NCBI GenBank assembly: GCA_002189035.1
Contig: NEEC01000030.1
Span: 186,001-250,000 of the forward strand
Direction: 5' to 3'
Source of the DNA: Utricularia gibba
Lineage: Eukaryota; Plantae; Magnoliophyta
DNA length: 64,000 nucleotides
Shown: piece after piece, positions 49,709 through 60,561 of the stretch
Numbering within the stretch: the stretch's first letter is position 1
Layout: each line of letters opens with the position of its first letter
Translations under genes and position numbers: made by a program
The notes under the pieces: generated by a model
What the model was told of the DNA's origin: nothing
Database searches by the model: none
The model's input: the letters and a program-made list of their open reading frames with translations, nothing else

Positions 49709-49726
49709 TGGAGCTAGGGGAAGGGC
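49709..49726 (+). promoter_or_regulatory. Candidate primer-binding site, resembling tRNA-Asn rather than tRNA-Met
   Basis: TGGAGCTAGGGGAAGGGC versus recalled tRNA-Asn complement TGGCGCTAGAAGGAGGGC (14/18). Confidence 0.45.
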
Positions 49727-49744
49727 ACTCACCCGGAAACAACG

Positions 49745-51300
49745 CCATGCCTAATGTCCAAGAGGGTGTTGAAGTTCCCGGTGAGGATACGACTATCAGC
49801 CACCTTGATAGCTGATTGAATACTACGGAGGAAAGCTCCTCTACTATGCGAGCCATGATGGCAGATGTGTCGGCAAGGCTGGAGGCTCTCTTCACCCAAC
49901 AAATACATCCACCCTCACCTGACCCACCATCTTTCGCCAATGTTCCCACGGGAAGTATCTTTCCCCTAGGTCAAGTTTCTCCACCGGTTTACCCTGCTGT
50001 CCCTGATAAGATGGAACTAACCTGATTTTGATGGGACTTCTGACCCTACTTCTTGGCTCAGCCGTTGCGAATTTGTCTTCCAACTCCATGGGATCCCAGA
50101 ATTTCGAAAGATGTACTACATACCATGCCACTCGTCGAGAAAGACTCAAGCTTGGTATTTAATGCTCCTGTGCCACAACCCCACTATCTCATGGGTGGAC
50201 TTCCGAAATGCTTGCATCTAGCGCTACTCAGACGCTACTGCATCCCCCGAACTAAGAGATCTATTATAGATTCAGAATACATCTGGTGATCTGAACTCAT
50301 ACAATCAGTCCTTTGAAAAAATAGCCTCCATGATGAACCTAGTGAATGAACCCGATCTAGTGCAGATATACATACATGGGCTGTTGGAACCTTTGTGACG
50401 AGAGGTGGGATGCCTGAAGCCCGCATCTTTGAATGAGGTGATGGGTGTTGCCTGTATCCACCAAGACATATACAATATGACCATCGATCTTTCCCTCAAG
50501 GACCAGTTGTTCGGGTTCCTCAGAACCCTCCTAAGGGCCAAGTACGGCATTCTTGATGGTTGTATCTTCTGGTGGGTCGTCGTATATGGCAACATAGAAG
50601 AGTTGCTTACACTAATGGCCTGGACGATATTGCTCATCACAGTGGAGCCAAGGTCATTGTCTCTGAGAGTGCGAATGGTGTTATGGTGCAGCTAGGTGAA
50701 TTCCAGGAGTGTTTCGATCTCACTATTATTGATAAACTGCACTATGATGTCATCCTTGATATAAACTGGCTGATGAAACTAGGTGATGTGATTTTAAATT
50801 TTCGATCGAAGCAGATGGTGTTTGAACACAATGGGCGAGATATAATCTAGTCGGACTACAACACTCTCCTCCCAAACCGTCATGCTTCTCTCTTACTCTA
50901 GTCTCTGAGCTGATGCAGAAATATGACGATATTTTTTAAGAACCAAAGACTCTACTACCCTCTCGTGCTTGTGATCACCATATCATACTTGAACCCGGAT
51001 CCTCCCCTATGGCTCTACGACCCTATCGGACTGCCTATCACATGAAGATAGAGATCGAGAAACAGTGCCAAGAGATGCTAGCGTAGGGCATTATCAGGCC
51101 CTCATCCTCTCCTTTTGCATCACCCATCACCCTAGTGGCCAAGGCAGAGGGTACCTGGAGGTTGTGTGGAGATTATCGCCATTTAAATAAGATCACTGTA
51201 CCTGTTATGTTTCCCATACCTATTACTCTTGGAGGAACTTGGGGAACTAAATGTTTCTCCAAGCTTGATCTTCGCACAGGGTTCAATCAAGTCCACATGG
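49745..51300 (+). pseudogene. Chromovirus gag-protease-RT N-terminus, broken by stops and frameshifts
   Basis: FDG..DP..WL.RCE gag motif; LVDPG-like protease site near 50372-50386; YDVILDINWLMKLG; WRLCGDYRHLN; FSKLDLRTGFNQ. Confidence 0.85.
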
Positions 51301-54300
51301 TGTTTCGGATGGAGGTCGAGAACCAGCTTGAGCGTTCCATTAAGAAACTTCGATCAGATCGTGGTGGGGAATACTTGAGTAATGAATTCAAGAATCATCT
51401 GAAGGACAATGGTATTGTCTCAGAAAGAACTCCTCCTGATACACCTGAGCACAATGGTGTTTCTGAGAGGAGAAATCGAACTTTGCTTGACATGGTTCGA
51501 TCCATGATGAGTTTTGCAGAACTACCAAAGTCCATGTGGGGATATGCTTTAGAGGCAGCGGCTCATGTTTTGAACAAAGCCCCATCGAAATCGGTTGAAA
51601 CCACTCCTTATGAGATTTGAACTGGTAGAAAACCGAGTTTCTCCTACCTAAAAGCTTGGGGATGCCCTGCTTATGTAAGAAAGTTGAAGTCAGATAAGTT
51701 GGAGAACAAATCTGACAAGTGTCTCTTACTGGGATATCCACAAGAAACTATGGGATACTACTTCTATAATCCTCAAGAGGGAAAGGTTTTCATCTCGAGG
51801 AATGCTGTCTTTTTGGAGAAAGAGTTTCTCCTCAAAGAAGCAAGTGGGAGTCGTTTTGAACTTGAGGAGATGTTTAAGAACGAGCCAGTGACACCTATAG
51901 AGACGCCAGTGGGTGACTCAAAAGGTAATCTAGGCTCACCATCTCGAAATTGTGTCCCAGAAGCTTGTAATGTACCAGTGAGCAATCAACCTGAGCAATC
52001 TGACTTGCCAAATGTATCAAGCACGTTTTCTGTCAGAAGATCAGTCCGACAACGTAACCCTATTGTGAGATATGGTTTCATTGTTGATGCCGAAGGCATG
52101 GGAGACCTCATATTAGATGAGGAAACTCGGACTTATGACAAAGCAATCAATAGTGCTGAGTCAAGTAAATGGCTTGTTACCATGGGGCAGAAATGGATTC
52201 CATGTATGAGAACAATGTTTGGACATTGGTCAATGCTCCAGAGGGAGTAAATCCTATTGGATGCAAATGGGTATTCAAAAGGAAAACTGACATGGATGGA
52301 AATATATCTACCTATAAGGCACGACTTGTGGCAAAAGGATATCGTCAAAAACAAGGTGTTGATTATGACGAAACCTTCTCGCCTGTTGCTATGCTGAAGT
52401 CCATTCTAAATTTACTTGCCATTGTTGCTCATTTTGATTATGAGATATGGCAGATGGATGTGAAAACAGCCTTCCTAAATGAAAATTTTGCTGAGGAAGT
52501 GTACATGACACAACGTGAAGGTTTCACTCAAGATACTAGTAAAGTGTGTAAACTGAACAAATCCATCTATGGGCTAAAGCAAGCTTCAAGAAGTTGGAAC
52601 ATCAAATTTGATGAGACAATCAAAGAGTTTGGTTTCTCTCAAAATGAAGATGAACCTTGTGTATACAAGAAGGTAGATGGCTTGGCAATCGTATTTCTCA
52701 TACTACATGTGGATGACATATTAGTAATGGGAAATGATGTTGCAACAATGCAATCAGTAAAAATCTGGTTATCCAAGAGCTTTTCAATGAAAGATCTTGG
52801 AGATGTGGCTTATATATTGGGCATAAAGATCTATAGAGATAGATCAAAGAGACTGATTGGATTATCACAATCGACCTACATCGATAAAGTGTTAAAGAGG
52901 TTTAACATGGCTGATTCCAAAAGAGGTTTATTGCCCATGACACATAGAGCACTATCAAAAGTGATGTGCCCCAAAATAGAAGAAGATAGGGATTAGATGG
53001 CTCGAATCCCACATGCTTCTCCTATTTGGTCAATAATGTTTACCACGTTGTGTACTAGACCAGATGTGTCATATGCTTTAAGTGTTACAAGCAGATATGA
53101 GTCGAACCCTAGAATGGATCATTGAACTGCACTCAAAAGCATTCTTATGTACTTAAGAAGTACTAAAGACATGTTCCTGATTTATGGTGGTCAAGATCTC
53201 GAAATGGGAGAATATGTTTCCAATCTCATTTGACTTGACGTCTCAATCAAGATACATATTCACCCTAAATGGAGGTGCAGTCACTTAGAAAAGTTCTAAG
53301 CAAGACTGCTCATTCACAATGGAACCAGGACATCCATGGAGTACATAGAGTCCATTGGTATAAGATACATGATTGATTGGCTCTAGTACAAGTGGGAGAT
53401 TGTTGATGTATGTGTTCTAGAGACAATCAACTCATTGGCAAATCTTATCCTTTGATGTTTACCTTGAATTGTGATCAAGTTTACATCATTGATAAAATCC
53501 TCCACTTGATCTATGTGCTATAGAAATTTTGATGAGATTATAATGTGAGATTCTTCAAGCATTTATGTTCAAGTTAAAAACTCCCTGGCTAAAGTATTTG
53601 TGAAATGAGAATATCACAAATACGGATAAGCTGGCACACATTGAGTTCCCTAAATTGTTTAGGCAATGGTTCTCACAATTGATGTAATGAGATTACTAGA
53701 ACCTATGTGTGGGTGTCGATTAGAGAATCGATTCACTGGATGACTCATTTTCGAGATGCTACTATGGGAAGCTAACCAGGTGTCAGTAGCAAGATCTCGA
53801 ATATGACAGCCGTGCAATTAAGCTTAGACTTGAGATCAACAAAGTTATCTTGATCTTAAGCTCACATTTTCGCTCATTACTAATGGGAGCCTAACCATGG
53901 CTTGCCTAGTATGGATGAGTAGGGATGTGACTCCTTAAGGTTGGAGATAGTTGATTGATCAATAAAGGATTCATCACTCATGTTAGCGATGAGATCATAT
54001 CTCAAGTAATTGCATCAAAGCCTAGCAGTAAGTCCTGGGCCCAGGGTAATGACACTCGAATTGTTTGAGTAGGTCATTGAGTGTTAGTGCTTGAATGCAA
54101 TTATAAGTTCGATACATCAGAAAGACACACACCCATGTTCTAGTATCGAATGAGATATAAGTATGATGAAAGCTGTTCATTGCATGGTGGCTGATCATGG
54201 AAAGGCTCAATCAGTTCACCTGATTATTCTTACATCTTGGGATCATGATATGTTGCTAGACATCACTCATGATCGATAATGATGGATTTGATTAATTAAG

Positions 54301-54897
54301 AGTTAATTAATAAATCCATTATTACGGCCTTGGTTGAAGAAGCCTATAGGGTCACACACAATAGTGGAGTCACTCAACGATATAAAATAGAATGACACAA
54401 TTACATGAGATGTAATTGGTAAAGTGGATAAATTAAATTGAGAGTTATTTTGAGATTAATATTGATTAAACTCAAAATAAAAGATCATATATAGATAAGA
54501 TTTGGAACATATACATATCTCCACAAGATAAGATCTTTACGGAGATATGATTTGATATGTTACCATATATCTATAAAAAAGATTTAGATCTTTAGATCTG
54601 CTCCAAAGATCTTCGTGCTCTCTGAGACTGATCCACAAGAAGGCGTTTTTCTCTACTAGCACCTGAGGAATTCGATCAGCATTCAAGAGCCTTGAGAAGG
54701 TTATCGACGGAGTGCTCCACGTGTGGATACCATAGAGGCCGTCTGCTATTGGCGGTTGGTGAACAACGGAGTCATCTGAAAGGTACTTTGAACATCCATA
54801 TGTCTGATGTATATTCCAAGATCTACGTTGGGGATTTCTCAAAATTTTTAAAATTCCACTGCTTTTGAGACATACGATGTCTACGAGAAACCCAACA
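51301..54897 (+). mobile_element. Angela-type Ty1/copia element, 5'-truncated (IN-RT-RH-PPT-3' LTR)
   Basis: LRSDRGGEY, HNGVSERRNRTLLDMVRSMM (IN); IWQMDVKTAFLN, LHVDDIL (RT); PPT AAGTGGGAGAT then TGTT at 53401. Confidence 0.92.
53401..54897 (+). repeat. 3' LTR of the Angela-type element (1497 bp; reference for family A)
   Basis: TGTTGATGTATG...GAGAAACCCAACA directly after the PPT. Confidence 0.93.
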
Positions 54898-57009
54898 CTT
54901 GGGTCACATTGCATCTGCCAAGGGAGTAGAGACCGACCCTTCCAAGTTAGAGGTTGTCATCACTTGGCCTCTTCCCCAGAACCCATCTAAACTCAAATCT
55001 TTTTTGGGTTTGGCCAGCTACTATCGCTGCTTCATTAAAGATTATGGATCTGTGACTTCATTGCTTACCGCGTTGTTACGCCGAAATAATTTTATGTGGA
55101 CTCTAGAGGCTACCCGATCTTTCTCAAAGTTGAAGGAACTCTTGGTATCTACTCCGGTTCTGGCATTACCTGACTTCAACCATCCCTTTGTTATTGAATG
55201 TGATGCGTCCAGTGTGGGGATCGGCGTCGTATTGATGCAGGACGAACACCCCATCTCCTACTTCAGCCGATCATTATTCGAATCCCAGAAAAGACTGCCG
55301 GCTTATGAGAAAGAACTTATAGCCCTAGCTAAGTCTATACATCATTGGTGTTCCTTCTTGTCGGGTACGACATTTATTGTGAGAACCAACCATTGTCCGT
55401 TGAAGTACCTCCTTGAACAACAGTTGCACACTTTGCCGCAACAACACTGGGTTGCTAAGCTCTTGGGATATTCATTCATGGTGGAGTACAAGACTGGGAG
55501 GACTAATCGCGTCGTTGATGCGCTGTCCCGAAAAGATGAAGCTCTCAAACTTTCCATGGCTGCCCTCTCACTTGTTCTTCCTGATGCCCTATGTGTTGCA
55601 CAGGAAGAACAGCAGAAACATCTTGAGTTCTTGGCTCTTTTTCGAGATTGCCCTCATTGGGAGTTGATCCCTATGATGGTGACACAAACTCTTGGCTAAT
55701 GGGATATTGTATTTCAAGCACCGAGTCACCCTACCTCCCCACTCTGAGTTGATCCCTATGATGGTGACACAAACTCACAATCTATTTCACGAGGGTGTCG
55801 GTAAAATGCTACAAAGGCTCAAGCAAGACTATTATTGGAGTGGAATGAAGAGGTCAGTTATTGAAGTAGTGAAAGTGTGTAGAAATTGTCAACAAAGCAA
55901 GGTAGAGACCCTCCAGCCTACTGGACTCTTACAACCCTTACCGGTTCCGTTAGCCATTTGGTCCAGTTTGTCTCTAGATTTCATCGTTGCGCTACTTGAA
56001 TCTCAAGGCTTTTCAGTGATCATGGTGGTAATTGACAGGCTATCGAAGTACGCTCATTTTATCTCCCTAAAACGAGCATTCACTGCTAAGAAAGTTGCCA
56101 AGTTTTTCTTTAATAATATTTTCAAGCTACATGGCCTTCCACAAGACATTGTGAGTGACCGGGATCCGCTATTTACTAGCCAATTTTGGCACGAACTTTT
56201 TAGGCTCAGCGGCACCCGACTCCTCTTTAGCTTTGCTTATCACCCACAGACAGACAGCCAAAGGGAAGTTACCAACCGTATTCTGGAATCATATCTCCGC
56301 CCCTTCTTTGGTTGCCACCCGCACAACTGGTCATCCTCGCTATCTTGGGCTGAATACGCCTATAACTCTAGCTATCATTCCTCCATCTGTATGTCACCTT
56401 TTGAGGCAGTTTATGGTAGACCCCCTCCATCCCTCCGCCAATATCACCCATAGGAAGTGACTGTTGCTGATTTGGATGTGTTGTTGTGCACGAGAATTGA
56501 TATGTTGGTTACCTAAAGGAACCACATGTGAGCATCTCAGGAGCGTATGAAGTCTTACCATGATCGCCACCACCGTGAAGTCACCTTTGTACCAGGGGAC
56601 TGGGTCTGGCTCTAGCTTTGCCACTTGTGCCAGATCTCTGCTAGAGAACAAGCTCCCTCAAAATTGGGACCTCGCTATTGCGGACATTTCCAAGTGGAGA
56701 AACGTATTGGTGCTGCTGCTTATCGTCTCAACCTGCCCTCATCTAGCCGCATCCACCTTGTCTTCCATGTATCCAAACTCAAGAGATTCTCAGGTATACC
56801 CCAGAAGATCCAACAGCAACAGACCCACTTGATGTGTATTGCCCTAAAGCCATCCTCGATGCATGTCGACAAGGATCCCAAATCACATTGTTGGTGCAAT
56901 GGTGTGGATATCCCATCCAGGAGGCAACTTGGGAAGGTTTCTCTATTTTCCTCAATAGATTCCCCTCTTTTGTAGAAGTTGCCACTCTATACTTTAAGCG
57001 CCGAGGAGT
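54898..57009 (+). pseudogene. Chromovirus RT C-terminus, RNaseH, integrase, chromodomain (frameshifted)
   Basis: LGHIASAKGVETDP; FVIECDASSVGIG; YFKHRV; LSLDFI; DRDPLFTSQFW; AYHPQTD; LGPRYCG; EATWE. Confidence 0.92.
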
Positions 57010-57305
57010 TGATGTGAAGCTCACACCTTGGATGGACCCCATCACATATAACAAGAAGAATAAGCCCAACCCAACTTATGGAACCTAGGAGTGCACACCC
57101 TACCGCCAATCAGGACATAACATAACTTGGACTTGAGCCTGGTGGCTAGAGGAGGAGCAATGCCTTGAGGCTGAGCTTCCCTGTTCTTCCTTTTGTTTCT
57201 GTTCTATTGGAGTGCTTATCTCTGCTACTTCTTATTATGTTCGAAACTATCTTCTTTTGTGTGAAACTGGGTCCTATTACCCATTCGAAATCTAAGGCCT
57301 TAGTA
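57010..57305 (+). repeat. 3' LTR of the chromovirus
   Basis: Same length as the 5' LTR; ends GGCCTTAGTA followed by TSD GCTCT. Confidence 0.92.
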
Positions 57306-57424
57306 GCTCTCGCAGCTTGTATTTTCCTGGATGTCTTTTTGGTTCCTTTATAAATCAAGGGGTACACGATACCCATTTGAGATTTTACTTCATCCTTTCC
57401 ATGCATTTTCAATTGACAAGATAT

Positions 57425-57640
57425 TCATATTACATTTTTAGCCAGTCTATCTGAGTTGATCTGCGTTCTATGCTCTTCAAATCTACGCATGTTACGATTC
57501 TTGATTCCATTTCTAAACCGAGAGCTTCCTGGACCCTGGGTTGAAGCGCTACAGGCCAACTGATGTAACCTCTGCACGGCATTTTTTCCATTCAGGTATG
57601 CAGCTGCTAGGGCCTGAACTGAATCGTTACATGAATCGCC
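57425..57640 (-). CDS. DFO: DFO exon 5
   Basis: CAG acceptor inferred; SVQALAAAYL...SRFRNGIKNRNMRR; stop at 57425-57427. Confidence 0.7.
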   Translation of the reverse strand, partial: GDSCNDSVQALAAAYLNGKNAVQRLHQLACSASTQGPGSSRFRNGIKNRNMRRFEEHRTQINSDRLAKNVI

Positions 57641-58826
57641 CTGTTGTGAGGTAAAGCATGTAATCAAGAAAATCATAGAGCATCATAGGCCACATCTATA
57701 TGCACCAGATCCAGAATTTCCTGGATCCTCACCAGAGTTTGCAGGTCAATGAGCTTGCCATCCATTTTGGTGTTAACCCCATTTTTCTCCTTTGAGCTCA
57801 CAACCATCGCCTTTGAAAATGCCTTCGATGCAGAGAAATAGCAACTTGAAATGAAGCATCCAAATAGTCCAATAAATCTCATTACAAAAGGACTAAAATG
57901 GCTTCAAGTATTTTCCCTTATTTGTATTGAAAGGAAAGCAGGCATGCCATGATCTATTAGAGAAGCAAAACAGGCCAAATTTCAGACTACACGTCAGATG
58001 CACATGATAATTCACCTGGCTCGCAATGATAGGCAATCCATGTTCCAGTGAATGCTCAGTAAACGCGGTCCATTCATCACAGGAAACCTTAAGCCCAGGG
58101 AAACGAACCGTGTTTTCTTCTCTCATAGCCAGAGCTTCATACCTCAACGCCATACAGCTCTATCAAAAGTAAAATGCAGATTTATCAGTATAGAAAGTTG
58201 GGATTGAAGTTGCTCTGCAACGATTTCTAGCTTTAAAATTCAAGCCAAGGATTATAACAATGCAAGAGATGTGAAAAGTCGTAAGCTAAAAATAAATGAT
58301 CCATACACGAGCATTAAACTGAACATTACGACAACACTATTCATATTCATCCACGATCCAGAGACCTTTCTTGATTCTGGTAAAGGAGGATGAGATTCAC
58401 GCGAAACTAACAATTATAAATTCAGAAATCCCGAAAAATTTGTAGAAAAATATCGATACCTCCACGTCGCCGATCATCGCGAAAACAGTAATTAGAAAAT
58501 CAGCGCATAAAAGCTTGAGTTCAACAGACTCTTCCATAATTTCCCGCAAGACAAGCATTGCTTCATCTCTCATGAACTCCTTCAGTACATATCTGATTCC
58601 GATCAAAAGATTCACATCAGTGGACGCCAAAATTGAATCCAGAGCCCGAAGAGTGACGTCATCAAAACTAGCCCAATCAATATGGAAGAAAGAAAACCCC
58701 AAGTCATCTTGGCGCGATGAAAAATCAGAATGCAAACAGATACTCTAGACAAGAATCTCACCTTCTACTCCAAATCCTGGCGCGAAAAAGTGATATTCGC
58801 GGCGACGAGTAATTTTCGGCCAGCAT
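57425..58826 (-). CDS. DFO: Protein DOUBLE-STRAND BREAK FORMATION homologue; predicted exons 58826-58762, 58667-58460, 58159-58016, 57822-57733, 57640-57425 (723 nt, 240 aa)
   Basis: FDDVTLRAL..KEFMRDEA..F.MIGDVE-SCMALRYEAL..L.VS..EWT.F...S.E.G.P.IA aligns with my recollection of Arabidopsis DFO (FDEESLRIL..RDFMRSES..FALLGDME-SCLAMRYEAL..VSHSEWTKF..SMENGFPSIA); all GT-AG introns keep the frame; exon 4/5 junction least certain. Confidence 0.85.
57733..57822 (-). CDS. DFO: DFO exon 4
   Basis: AAG acceptor; AFSKAM...LQTL; CTG|GTGAG donor inferred. Confidence 0.6.
58016..58159 (-). CDS. DFO: DFO exon 3
   Basis: TAG acceptor; SCMALRYEAL...IASQ; CAG|GTGAA donor. Confidence 0.85.
58460..58667 (-). 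CDS. DFO: DFO exon 2
   Basis: TAG acceptor; FDDVTLRAL...GDVE; GAG|GTATC donor. Confidence 0.85.
58762..58826 (-). CDS. DFO: DFO exon 1 (MLAENYSSPRISLFRARIWSR)
   Basis: ATG at 58826; AG|GTGAG donor; phase 2. Confidence 0.75.
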
Positions 58827-60561
58827 TTCATTCAACAGATTATCTGCATTGAGGGTTTGAGAGTGGGCGAGAAAATAGGCAAAATAAGCTTAGCAAAAAA
58901 GAAAATGGTGCAATTGGGGATTGCTGTTTGTTAATTACAAAATACCTAATTTTTATACTAAAATTTATAAAATAATTTAATTTATACATAAATGTATCTA
59001 TAACAAGATTGCATTTGATAGCACTACTTCATCAGTATCAAATATGATTTTTTTAATATTTTCAAAAAATTTCATAAAATATGTAAAAAAAATATCGTAT
59101 TACTTAATAACAAAAAAAGTTTTTAGTGCAAATATTAATTTTTATTAACTTGGATTGAAAATCAACAAATGATTATCAAGCATTGGATGACTAATATTAT
59201 ATGATTGAAGTTTTTTAAAATTAAAAGAGTTGATGATACTCCCATGTATGATGAATTCTCAAATATTAAACCTTGATCGATCTAATCATCGATAGATAGA
59301 AGATTTACATTCTACTTCATATCCACCATACTTGAAAGATGTTGAGTTGAATAACATTGTCATGTTATTTGACTATCATATGCATATATGTTGAATCTTG
59401 TACATCATAACAATAATAACAAGCATGAGGTGCATGCATTCAAGTTGATTGAGATCATTTTGGATCTTGTATAGAGACATCATAAAGATTTGCATTTATT
59501 GTGGTTGATTCTAATTTGATATCCATGTGATACTAACCTTCAAACAAAAAGTATTTGATAAAAATGAATATACTTGTAATCTAAACTATGAAAATTGTGT
59601 TTCATTAACAAAATAAAGAAGAAGATGGTGATGAACTACACTAAATACTACAAACAAAGTTTGATAAATTTAAAATTCTACAATACCTAGAAGCTGGAGC
59701 ATTGATTTCAAAATATATTACAATCAGAATTATTCTTAAATAAGAATGAAACATTTTTTATATAGATAGAGAAATGAACTTATTCAAAAGAATAGTAGTA
59801 GTGAATTAGGAAGTGATGATTGAATTTTATTCTACATGCTCCACTTTAAATAGGATAAACTCAATAGTAGATGTTTTATTATTTTATTGATTGATCTATA
59901 ATACCTTCAAAATCTTTTAATTCTTTCATGTTCTTGATCTAGTAATGAACCCAAGTAAAATTATTGGAGGATTAGTAACCTTCTTTACTTTATATTCATT
60001 ATTTGTTTTCTTTAACATCCATATCTCATAGCCATATCTCCATTTGTTTCAAATTAAGCAATTGGATCTTTTTATTTCAAGGAGGTAGAACATCTAACTC
60101 AAAAAAATAGTTATACACTTTTCAAGATCTAGTTTGAATTCGTTCAATTGCTAATACATTAACATAAAAATGTGTAAATGCGTAAGTACACTAGACATAA
60201 GACTATGTTCAAGTGTTTTTGTCTAATATAGTTCATAAGTTTATAATCAAATACTTTCAGGATATAATATATGTATTGCATGTATATATACCATAGTCAT
60301 CCAAACCTAGCAAACAAGCTATGATACTACGTATACATTGATACGACTCATGAAAACTTGGTTGATCACTAGATATTTACTATTTCTCTTCATCCACTAA
60401 AATAAATAAAAGAGTGGTCATGTTTTTGAGTTTTAAAATAAGTCAAAACCATAAAATATAGAAGGATAGAATATAAGAATTTATAAAAAAAAACTTGAAG
60501 CATATTGTGAGTCATTATAACTATTTTTTTCCACTTATCATGATAGTCCAGCTTTGACATT

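Larger units (their letters stand above)
49409..57305 (+). mobile_element. Reina-like chromovirus (Ty3/gypsy) with two 296-bp LTRs, containing a copia insertion
   Basis: LTRs 49409-49704 and 57010-57305; perfect TSD GCTCT (49404-49408, 57306-57310); gag FDGTSDPTSWLSRCEF; PR; RT; RH; IN; chromodomain LLVQWCGYPIQEATWE. Confidence 0.93.

Noticed and set aside
57146-57412. ORF suggesting the chromovirus interrupts DFO coding sequence
   Set aside because: The DFO-like frame already stops at 57425. This ORF is downstream sequence running into the LTR, and the reconstructed pre-insertion frame shows no recognisable protein.
58830-60560. Specific promoter elements or a MITE upstream of DFO
   Set aside because: The sequence is very AT-rich, candidate motifs would be expected by chance, and no TIR/TSD pair was verified.
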